Positions 50,034 to 61,345 of a stretch of 64,000 bases of DNA are shown here, piece by piece. The notes below the pieces were generated by a model. That model saw nothing but the letters and a program-made list of their open reading frames with translations, was not told the DNA's origin and did not search any database. Source of the stretch: Curvularia clavata. Lineage: Eukaryota. The stretch lies in the NCBI GenBank assembly GCA_023920165.1, contig CP089279.1, forward strand, positions 248,001 to 312,000. The letters run 5' to 3'. Position numbers and translations under genes: made by a program. How positions within the stretch are numbered: the stretch's first letter is position 1; each line of letters starts with the position of its first letter.

Positions 50034-51904
50034 AGTGGTGAATCGTGTGTTGGCTCAATGTGGTAGCAAAAGTGGTTGGTTGCGAGACGCGACGCGTTCC
50101 ACTTTCGGCGGTTTGGCACGCGATTCCCCGAGGCCCAGATAGCACAGCAGGGGCAGGCTAAGTAAAGCAAATAGAATCACCCAAGGCGCCCTCACGTAAG
50201 TAGGGAAACCTAGAAACAAGAAAACATAGAACTAAAATCTTACTACCATAATCAAGTACTTTTTGCCATAAAAATACCATGACCAGTATGATGATAAATC
50301 CGTCCACTCTTTCGCACCTACGGAATCCAACCTTACCATCACATTCTACCTTGTTATCGCAAACAGCTTGCTCCTATTATAAAAGTCTGCCACCACTGAT
50401 GGTCTCGACTTATTGCGATGTCAGCTACAAGATTCATGTGTCCTGTGTCCATCGTTGCCTTCTGGCAACTGTGGGGTACTTGGTTGGTCATCCAACCTTC
50501 ATATTCCATCAAGGAGAGAGGCCTTCTTGTCATTTGTGAGACTATGGGGGTGTAGCTTTGATGTCATCGGACAAACCGAGTGTATTTCAGCAGGTCCTTT
50601 TAAGTCGACATATTTCTTCGCATCGTATCCTCTGTCTTGCCAAATCACCTCTACCCATTCGCCAGCCTGGGCATGGATTATTAACTTATTCGTGAGCTGG
50701 TTAGAGGATGTCCTTATAGAGGGCTAGGGGAATGTCGAGCCGTTCACTTCTATCAGGAGCCTGGTGCCAGGCCCCTGTTACATTGATAATTTAGGTGTTG
50801 ACTTGGGCCCTAGGGCGTCTAATTTTATGCGAAAATTGGTAGGAGACTGGTTGGTTGCGTCTTTTCTAGTTGCAGTAACTTGGTGGCAGAGGACGAAGCT
50901 TCTCGCACTTGATTGGCATCAGTAGTAAGCATGTCGCGCCACCTACTACCTACATGCTTGCGCCAACAATGGCTCTATTTTAGTAGATCGTATTTACTAT
51001 GGCTTTTGCGTAATCTCCGATACTCCTAGTTTGACCTAACATAGTCCCACTTCACTACAATCCGGTGCTACTTCGATTCTACTTTCTCGTATTACGAGAA
51101 TTCGGAACACTCGTACTCCCCCATGTAGTGGCTCAGGTGATCAGATTTCTTCACGTTTTTAAATCCCTAGATTTGTTAGTAAGGGAACCGATGTTCAAGC
51201 TAACGTGACATCCAGTGAAGCTTTTCGCACGCTTCTCCTTCCTGAAACATTGATCAACAAATTGTCTCTGCATTCGTTTGTGATCTTCTTCGAGAACTTG
51301 GGCAGTGGAAGGACGGAGCGTCTAGCGCGTGTTTGCGATGTGAATCTACTTTCCTATGCACACAGTCTTATCAGCGCCAGTCCTGATACTTACCTATACA
51401 GCTCAGTAGGCTGTGTTGTGTTCAGTGATAGTTAGAACCATTCACTATGAAGAAACGCACAGTGCGCAATTGTTGTACAGAGTCTGTACAGGGCATCTAT
51501 TAGGTTCAAGCTAAGTCAATTGCATATGTGTTACTAGGTGAATTAAGAACTATCGTCCTAAGCACTTTGTTTTGTCTACCTTTCGTATATAGGCCTAACT
51601 TGGTTCCTGGTGCATTCAGAGTGAAAAAGACAGGGAAGGTGACCAGGGGCCGAAGAAAAGGCAAGTACCCCCACTCACACCACGGCACGTTGCATGCAGC
51701 ATTTGATGCTTTTTCCTCAACCTACTTAAAGCGGTATCTCGGCCTCGGCCACTCGTGTCCGTCTCATCCTACTCTTACGAATACCGCCGAAAGCTGTGCT
51801 ACATGCCATAACACCCACTATTACGACCAGCTTAACCCCATCTCCTAACAACTGGCCTGCATATACTCAATACATTGCTAAACCACTGATATGAACGTCC
51901 CGGA

Positions 51905-53086
51905 TTACTGCGCAGATTTGAGAATCAGCTTGCTGACATTGCTCCGAACGCTCTCCTGTACCCAATTCGGCAATGCCCTCACCAAGGGTGCCCCACTGCT
52001 ACTCGGCAGTATGACCTGTCTGCCACTGCAACTCATAATGCTCTCGGCAATGGCGTCTGCAACCACTGCCGGCTCAAGGATAGGCGCTCCGCGTTTCTGG
52101 AGTTCGTCCTGGAGAGGCGTGAGGAGTGGCGTGCGCACCCAATGCGGATGAATCGATGTGGTGAGTACGTTGGGGCTGTTGTAATGCAGCCTGAGCTCCT
52201 GGTTAAGTGCTATGCAACAAAGTCAGCATCTTTCTGTTTCGAAGCAAGGACCACGAAGAACAGACCTTCGTGGAAACTCAGAATCGCCGCTTTGGTGGCG
52301 TTGTAATCGCCCATGCCAGCCACGCCAACAAAACTCGCCAGGCTTGCAACGGTGATAATGTGGCCCTTGTTCTGCCGCACCATGTCGGGTAGGAAGGCCT
52401 TGACGGTATACCAGTTGCTGAGCACGTTGACATCGAATATCTTGCGCAGATACTCATCTGACGTATTCAAAATGGTGTGCGACTCGAGAATGCCAGCATT
52501 GTTAACAAGAATGGTAGGCGCGCCGAGCGTAGCTTTGATCTGCTCTGCGGTCGAGTAAACCGCATTTGGGTTGGTAATGTCGCAGGCAAAGAATTTGACG
52601 TTCGCAACTGGAACTATCAGCATGCAAAGCGCGTAGTAGGACGAAGCATGACGGCTTACAGCCTTGGAGACTCGGAGGTAGCTGGCGGATGTCCAATATC
52701 GCAACCCGGATTCCCTTGCTGATCAATCTCTTGACTGTCAGTTCACCAATTCCGGAGCAGCCTCCAGTGACGACAGCGACCTCGCGGCTCCAGTTCCACC
52801 TTGCTTTTTCGCTTCGAAACCTTCCAGAATTCAAGGCTACGTGGTTCATTTGCTTGTTCAAGACAGCCGCCGACCCCAGTGCCAAGCACACCTTCAATGC
52901 GTTTACAATCTGCGCATGACGTATGGGATCTCGAAGTATTGCGATCCTATCTGTAATCCGACCATGGAGTTGCGGAGGTGCTTTAGTCAAGACCCAGAGC
53001 AGGGCGGCTGTAACAATTGGGTTCAGTACTACATGTCTGGTAGACCGCGCGACGAGGTTGACCAAGTTTTGTAGTGCTTCAGACAT
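51905..53086 (-). CDS. membrane-anchored short-chain dehydrogenase/reductase (retinol/17beta-HSD-like)
   Basis: Motifs VVTGGCSGIG, CDIT, LVNNAG, the catalytic YNATK and HPHWVRT. Introns 52608-52659 and 52210-52265. Confidence 0.92.
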
Positions 53087-55313
53087 GTCTATCGGGAAAG
53101 ACAGGTACGCGCGACATCCAACGGTGGGTGCTAGGCTGCAGAAATATAGCTGGAATACAAGTATGCGAGGGTTGCTGTCATACAGCTGAAGCGTGCGGAG
53201 CCGGTGGCGCCAGGAGAGGGGAATGGTTGCACGCGTAAGCTGAATGGTGCGTCCATATCCAGACCTCGGCTTTGCTTGAATGGACCGTCACCGTTCAGCT
53301 CATGATATTGAGGTAGTTTAATCTAACACAAGTCGACGACCTTAAGACGGATGTGGAGAATCGTGCTTGTTTTGGCATAGTCTGGATGTAGTGTGCAGCA
53401 ACATGGCAAGTGAGAATTGCGGTACTCGCTGGAAGCATGTTAACGATACACAACACTTTCTAAACTAAGCCAATTTTGGTGCTGCGAGAGTTGTGTGTAC
53501 TCCGCATGTTACGAATAGTCTTTCTGTTCCCTTTGCAACCTCGACTATGCATGTACCTAGACTTTACCACAACCGGTACCCTGCATCGATCCCGGGGGCA
53601 GCCTGCACGGTTTCTTGGAGGTAGGACGAATACGAAAGGATTCCGCACATGCCTACATAGACATGTACATACATGCCGTACATGCAGTTGTTAGACAAGC
53701 ACTGGGTGACAGGAGTGATGGCTCGATTAGGTTAGCGTCGCCTTCCTACCATGAAGAACTCGATGAGGACATCCATCAAACTCTCGCCGACCCAAAGCCA
53801 TGCACAGCCAGCCCTTTTTCGACAGCATCCTCCGTATGCGGAGGCGGCCACAGATGCAGTCCACGCTGTTTAGCCGGTTCTACGGATCCCACTCTGTACA
53901 CTATCCCCCTTGCCGATGGGGAGATGCGAGGCGTGCGGGGAAATGGCTGGCCTTCCAACCTGAAACGAGAGCGGTCAGGCCTTCTTACTACCCACATCGG
54001 CTTTCTCCAGGCAGATCGACATTGCCATTGTGTGCGCGACGAGTACCTATAGCAGCGTATCATGGTCTCTCATTGCCACAGCGGTAAACTGGCATGCTGA
54101 TTGTCTGCCTGCCTGGGCAGCTCTGCTCTCCCCGCCCGAATTTTTGCAAGTTGGAGTACACCAAGACACGGCTTCCCAGGTCGAGTAGCCCTGGATCCGC
54201 CTACTGGAGTACTCCAACCTCTCGTCTTCTCGTATGCAGACGATGTGCAGGGCGGCATGCACCCGTGTCCAGCCGTGGAAAGCTGCACTGCCCCTCATTG
54301 CGTGTAATGCGGACCGGCTGGCGACTGCAGTCATGACTGGTTGGGCTCTCGTTGCGGTCCTCAAGCTGCCGGATGACGTGAGGGGATGCAACGTCCTCGA
54401 CCGACCGGCACGCCCATCCCACGCCAGGGGCCTGGAACTCGCTGTCGAACAGCAATCAGAGGCACGTTTGCCGCGCATGTTGGAGCACAAGTGGGTCGTG
54501 TTATATCATGGGAGGCTGTGACAGTGACAGTCAAAGCGAGCCCACGCAGAGCCCAATATCAGTCGCCGTAGTAGCTGAGGGCCAGCAAGAGAAAGACCAC
54601 ACTGTGACGACGCCGCAGCCGCGTCTGCCCCTAAGCAGCGAGTGCGTCTCTGGCGCGCGTGCATGCACAGGGTTTTTGCGGGAACTGGAGGGTCCAAAGA
54701 CGAGCGTGATACGCGACCAAGCAGAAGCGCAACGTATGCGGAATCGAATCGCACCAAGCACCGCTAGCTGGGCGCGCCACAGCCTCCCCTGATGGACCCT
54801 GACCTGGGCTGCGAAGCCGACGCTCCACCTCTGCTTGCTTGGTTGCTCGCTGCTGGCTGGCTGGCTGGCTCTCTGGACTCTGCTCTTTCGGCGCTTCACG
54901 TCTGAACGGGTGGCCAATACTGCCACTCTTCCCCAAGCCTTGTCTTGTCCCGAGCCACGACTCGCTCTGTGCATAGGCCATCCAGTCAGTGCACGCTGCT
55001 GCGACCCGCACTACAGCGACCTCCGTTCCTGCCATACGTGCCGACCCTCACCATCGTTTCCGTCCCATCTCTGTACTAAACGACCACGAGCAGCAGGCTA
55101 GTCGAGGCCAGCGAGGGCATTTGCCCGGTGTACGAATTATCTTGTATGTAACTCCATCGCCGTACTCAAAGGGGGGGTTGGTTGGAGGGGACCGAGGGGA
55201 CAACCGCCGCGGCTCCCATCCCCAACACCACACCGCCCGCCAAACCCCCACACCAGCTTCGACGACGTTCGCGCTGACGTGAAGACCAGTGTATTTCTAG
55301 TTTTCCAGTCAGC

Positions 55314-58300
55314 ATGGCCTACCAAGGCATGGGGGGAGGCAGCGGCCTGAGATCTCCACGCGAAGAGGCGTCCTTCTTTTCCTTGAACCGCGCTGCTCAG
55401 AATGGCGACAGCCGCGCGACCCTGCACCGGCGCTTCACCACCAACAACATCCCAACCCTGAGCACTCCTTTGTCTCCTATCGGTCAGCAACGTAGACAGG
55501 CGGCAGAGCCGACCGAATTCACAACAGCGGTATGTCGACATTCTCGTACAAGTATGCGTGGAAGAGCTGGAACTGGTGCTGGTACTGGTGCCGGTGGTGA
55601 CATGCATGTCAGAGCCGCACAGCTTTCACAGTGATATAGGCCGACTTGGGTGCCAGTCGCGATCCTGCATCGGCATTCTGAGTATTGTGCTTTTTTTTGG
55701 CCGAGTAAATGCGTGGTGAATAAGAGTTGGGGCTAACGACTGATATCATGACAGACCTATCACAAGCTCCAAGTGGTAAGTCTGCCCTCACCGAGCCTTT
55801 AGTATCTTCTTACGCGAGACCCTTGTTTTCCTCGTGGACTGCCGTCATCGTCACCGCTCACTCCGTTTGCTTGGCGAGATTGCGACCCCATATTTTGATA
55901 TCTGCCTTCACCTCCGCTCTGTCCCTCGCCTAAACTCAACAAACACTCCTTCCCCCAAACCCCAAATCCCCATCTTCTCAGCATTGCTAGCGCTATCACT
56001 GTATATCTCTCCTATCACTTTCGGACACTCATTGCCTACCTCTATTCGCATCTGCCATTGCTTTCGACGGACTGCGTTGGGAGCGGCGCGGTTGCCTCGC
56101 GCTATACATCTTGGTTTGCCTGACCATCAGCTAACCAGCTCCCAGCTTGAAAGAAAGAGAATCGAACACGAGTATCTGAAAGAAGCAAAGCGGCGCTTCG
56201 ACGCTGAGATGGAGTTACTCAACCTCCAAGCTCAGCACGGCGAAGGCGATCCCAACCGCTTCTCGAGCGAGGGCGCTTACGGCGGTCCCGCACATAGCCA
56301 GCCAACGACGCCGCCCGAGTACAACGAGGGAAATGGCTTCCCGTCTGCGCTTTCGCGCCCCAATCGCTTCAGCATGTCGAGCATCAATCCAGCCATGACT
56401 ACTCGCAGCAGCCGTGCCAACTCCCAAGTCACGTCCCCTCCTGCTAATATCCAGGGCGGCAATGGCACCAATAGTGGCAACTTTCCTTCGCAATCTATGC
56501 CAGGTTCTCGCCGCAACTCCGAGGAGGACCATGACGACTTCGAGAATGACGATTTCACGCCGCTGAGCCCTGCTGCACGCAAGTAAGTTTAGCTCTATTC
56601 CACCTTTCCCCCAACGACCGCTGACCATATGCAACAGGAACAACCGTATGTCAATGCCTGTAACTCGCATGGACTATGGCAATCGTCCAGGTCTTCCGGA
56701 ACTTGCCACTGTCCTGGGACACATTGACACTGCCGGATATCTGTTCGGACAGGACGGCAGATCCAATGCTTCGCAAGACCGCAACGGCTTTCTTCAGATG
56801 GGCAACACCGAAGACGACTTCCCAGTCCTAGTTCGTCGCGACGGCGCAGGTAATGGTACGAAGCCTTCTGCATCTTCCGCTGCGCTTGATTTGGCCCTTT
56901 CCCCATCCCCTGGCCCGGACACCCAGTTCTCCGGCTGGAATGGCTACCGCCATCGTCAGGCTCAGCAATCGCTTCCTGCTAACACGTTCCGCGCAGCCCC
57001 GCAGATTGAGGACTACGACTCCGGTCGATCCAACGGCAATGGAAACGTTGATAGTACCCCCAAGAAGACGTTGGCCAACAACCGTCGCTCTGTCGAGTTC
57101 AGCTTTGCCAGCCCCACGAGTGCTATGCCGAAGTTGACTCAGTCGTACTCCACCAACGACGTCCCGACCCTGAAGAATAGCAACGGCATGAACGGAGCCG
57201 GGGGCATCGGCTTCACGTCCCATGCTCAGCAGCACTTTCACAACCATAATGCTAGCCTTGGCCGCATTCCGCAGAACACCATATCTAACAATCGTAATAG
57301 CCGCGATCTGTCCATGGGAAATCGCGAGTCCGAGTATCACGCTACGTCAAACAGCATGCATACAAGCGCTGCCCCCTATGGCCCTGCTGCTAACTCGGTT
57401 ACTTCTAACGGCGGAAGCTTGGCCAACGCCGGCCCGCCGGCCATGTCGCAGTACTCTGGCACTGCAGCCACCAACCCTGGACAGTACGGTTATGGAGTAT
57501 CGATGCTGAATAACGCCATGAACAACCTAAACCTGGGACCTGGATCAGGACCTGGACCTCACTATGGTGGACCCCAGTACGGTGGACCTCCCGGCTATGC
57601 TTCCAACGGCATGTATGGCAATGCACAAACATACAACCCTTATGCCACGTATGGACCAGGCGGTCGGGTTCAAGACAGTCAGGCTCGTGTTATTCAGAGT
57701 CGTCGCATGCAGAACGATGCTAACAAGTACATGAACTACGACTTGAAGACGATGCCGCGCCAGGAGATCTACAACCTGTGCAAGGACCAGCACGGATGCC
57801 GCTTCTTGCAGAAGAAGCTTGAGGAGCGCAACTCTGAGAACATCCAGATCATCTTCGATGAGACTGCTCCCCACGTCGTCGAGCTCATGACTGATCCCTT
57901 CGGCAACTACCTCTGCCAGAAGTTGCTCGAGTTCTGCAACGACGAGCAGCGGAACACGCTTGTTCGCAACGCAGCTCCCGCCATGGTCCAGATTGCCTTC
58001 AACCAACACGGCACTCGCGCCCTGCAGAAGATGATTGAGTTCATCTCGACCGACGACCAGACGCAGATGATCATTCGTGCCTTGTCTGGACAAGTCGTTG
58101 ACCTCATCCAGGACCTCAACGGTAATCATGTCATCCAGAAGTGCCTGAACCATCTTAAGTCGACCGATGCACAGTTCATTTTTGACGCAGTCGGCGAACA
58201 CTGTATCACTGTCGGTACCCACCGCCATGGCTGCTGTGTCTTGCAACGTTGCATCGACCATGCTTCCGGCTTCCAGAAGGTCGACCTCATCCGTCAGATC

Positions 58301-59020
58301 ACGGCACACAGCTTCCACCTTGTGCAGGATCCGTTTGGTAACTACGTTGTCCAGTACATCTTGGACCTCAACGAAGCCTCGTTCACGACGCCTATGTGCC
58401 AGGGCTTCCAGGGCAAGATTTGCGAGCTCTCTAAGCAGAAGTTCAGCTCCAACGTCATTGAGAAGTGCATCCGCTGCGCTGAGCCACAGATCAAGGCCAT
58501 GATGATTGAGGAGTTGCTTGACGTTGAACAACTCGAACAACTTATGCGCGACTCGTATGGCAACTACGTGATCCAGACTGCTCTCGAGTTCGCGCCTGCC
58601 GAGTTGTGCATCCATCTCATCGAGGCGATGCGTCCAATTCTGCCAACCATCCGCCAGACTCCTTACGGTCGTCGCATTATGAGCAAGGTTGCCGAGCGTG
58701 AGAGCCGTCTTGCCGCTTACACGGGTCGCAACGGACAGACGTCTCCCAGTGCAGCGCAAGGCGCTTCTGAGTCGACAGCGTACGGTCCCCAGTACCAGCA
58801 GGCGCCCATGTACACGTCCAATGCCAGCTACGGACCCAACATCCTTTCTCCGCAGCCACACCGCCAGCCGCACCGCTTGAGCAATCCCGCTCCCCCTCTA
58901 CACCTGCAGAACAACAACTCCAACCAGAGTTATCAGTCGCAGCCACAGCAGTACGGCATGGCACAAGCTAACGGTGGTCACGGCAACGGCGGTCACGGAG
59001 GTCATGGCCAGTGGTTCTAG
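55314..59020 (+). CDS. Pumilio/PUF-family RNA-binding protein (Puf4/Mpt5-like)
   Basis: Eight PUF repeats (KDQHGCRFLQK, DPFGNYLCQK, NQHGTRALQK, DLNGNHVIQK, HRHGCCVLQR, DPFGNYVVQY, QKFSSNVIEK, DSYGNYVIQT). Exons 55314-55529, 55755-55775, 56146-56582 and 56638-59020. Confidence 0.93.
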
Positions 59021-59534
59021 ATAAGGCGGCTTGGATGCTGGACGACATTTTATGACTTGACGAAGCATACTACGTTCGAAAGCACTCGAAAAAAGCACCT
59101 AAAAGCACTCAAAAGCTTCGATGCTCAAAAGCTCCAGCACCTGGCCGGACAGGATTTGCATCTGTCTATTGGGCTGCAATTCGGCTTTTTCCTTTTCTGT
59201 CAACCGGTCTTGTCTGTAAGGCAGGGGTTTGGTTGGATATATTCCTTGGATGGATGTATTCCTTCCCTTCACCACGTCTTGTTATGGGCAGATTGGTTTT
59301 GTATACTACGGCTACACGATCATCATCAAGGAGCGTAGGCATTCCTTGGCATCTTACGGCGCATGGATACGAGGCACGGCGGAGTTTTTTTTCTTTTCCT
59401 TCTTTCATCCCCTTGCTTTGATCCCCTTCCTTTCGATGGACTTGTATTCTACCCCTTCACTTTCCCCCCACGTTGCTTTGGTTGCACGGATGGTCGAAGA
59501 ATGACGGCACCTTGGTGCAACTAAAAGAAACGCT

Positions 59535-59589
59535 GAGCATGAGCACAAGCACAAGCACAAGCACAAGCACGAAGCATGAGCACGAGCAC
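59535..59589. repeat. hexanucleotide microsatellite (AAGCAC-like) downstream of the PUF gene
   Basis: gagcat gagcac aagcac aagcac aagcac aagcac gaagcat gagcac gagcac. Confidence 0.85.
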
Positions 59590-60230
59590 TGTCGCCACGT
59601 AGGCGACCCTTTCCCTTTGATTGATTCAAGCACGGTACAGTTTGGCGATGGCTACTCGTCGTGAGCCTGGAGCTAGGTGGCACGTCTCAAATAGACACTG
59701 AAATGAATGAATACTATGTAGAATTATGCATGAGTGTTTTTGGCTCGGGTGATGGTTTGTTTCTTGGCTCACTGAGAGAAATCACATGATAGATATGAGG
59801 TCATACAGAAGCTGTGTGTAAGTGAAGTCGGGCCGTTGGTACAGGTGAGGTCAGAAGATGTGTGGTTGGTTGAAGGCGAGTGTGGCGAGAAATGACGAAG
59901 GGCGACGAGTGGACGAGTCCAGCGCTTGGTCCCGGACGGCCATCCGAAAGAGACTCGGCCTTCCGCTTCTGGAACCAACGTCTCTGCAACATGAAACACC
60001 TTCCTCGTTATTCCTAGCCTACATAATATCCTCACCTGGGACACGTACATAGCCGCTGACACACCGACTGCACTGAGAAGCCTGCGGTAATCCCTCAGCG
60101 AACCGATAGTCCGACTACAAACTACGCCGCCTAGGAGCGAAGGGCACGTCACCTCATAGCGATCGCCTCGGCACGCAAAGCACCACCACCCGCTCTCCTT
60201 AACAAGGCTCGACTGGGAGACTGAAGCAAA

Positions 60231-60640
60231 ATGCGCTCCGTTATCCTCTCACTTCTTGTTGCGCTCCTCGCGACCCTCGCCATGGCTGCCGCACCACAGC
60301 GCAGCGTCATCATCAGCTGGCCCAACGACACGCCCGACGACATTGTAGAGCAGAGCAAAGAAGCCATCAGGAAGGCCAAGGGTAAGCACTCGAACTACCC
60401 GTTCTCTTTTTTTCCTTCTTAGTTTTCTTTTCCACGTTTCTCCACCGGGGATGCATGCTTTTTGAAAGTGAGGCTAACGACATGGGCCTAGGTGTCATTA
60501 CGCACGAGTACAACATCATCAAGGGGTTCGCGGCCACGGCTCCCGCATCGGCGCTCGAGATGGTGTCGGCGTTGAGCGATGTGTACAAGTGTGAGATTGA
60601 GGAGGATGGCATTGTCACGACGCAGAACAACAAGGAGTAG
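60231..60640 (+). CDS. small secreted peptidase-inhibitor I9 / subtilisin-propeptide-like protein
   Basis: Signal peptide MRSVILSLLVALLATLAMA, then VIISWPNDTP, AIRKAKGVITHEYNIIKGFAATAP and IEEDGIVT. Intron 60382-60491. Confidence 0.85.
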
Positions 60641-61345
60641 GGCGGTGATACAAGGGGGGATAGTGGTACGGTATGGTAGGGGGATGAAGGGCAGACTGAC
60701 TGCACGATGCACGAGTTTCGATGCCTCACTTTGGGCTCTGGGTTATGGCGCTCTGGAGTTCGGGGACGGGCTCTGTTAGTGGTTTTTGAATACGGTCTTG
60801 TCTGTACTAGGTCTCTGGTCCCATGTGTGATGTGCTGCTCTGATATGTAAATGTACGGTACTCGATATCTGATCTGTGTAGACGACAGCATGGTGGAGCC
60901 TTGCCGCGGCCCCTTCCCCGCCATGGCTGCTCTGGGCCACACCCCCCAAGGGGACGTGCATGTCGCCTGCGAGGGCCCGACGCCATGATGCGCGTCATGT
61001 GTCGACGACTGTACACGCCTACACTCTGAAAATCGCCATCCATCGTCAGTGCCTTGGCCGCCGCCGTCGTCGTCGCGATCCGAGCACACACAGCGGTGAA
61101 GGCGGCCCCGCGGGAGTGTGAGTTGTATTCCGGCCTAGCGCTGGGAACACCCAACCTCACCCTCAACGCGTCGACACGTCCTTGCTGCCAGGAAACAGCC
61201 TGTGCGTGGTGGAGCAGCGCCCTCTACAAGTCTCTGCATCACGCCTCGAAATGCGACACTGCCACCCCAATCTCTGCCCACACCTACTCCTTGACAGGCA
61301 CACACGCGGCTAGTCAAGCCCCGCGACCACCGCACCGTCCTCACC

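Noticed and set aside
51387..51396. ATACTTACCT, identical to the U1 snRNA 5' end
   Set aside because: The downstream sequence lacks U1 stem-loops and an Sm site. It is better explained as a minus-strand 5' splice-site consensus or chance.
57545..58873. 442-aa antisense ORF within the PUF gene (similar ones lie in RVB2, the OYE and Hook)
   Set aside because: This is an expected by-product of strong codon bias on the coding strand, and the ORFs have no independent features.
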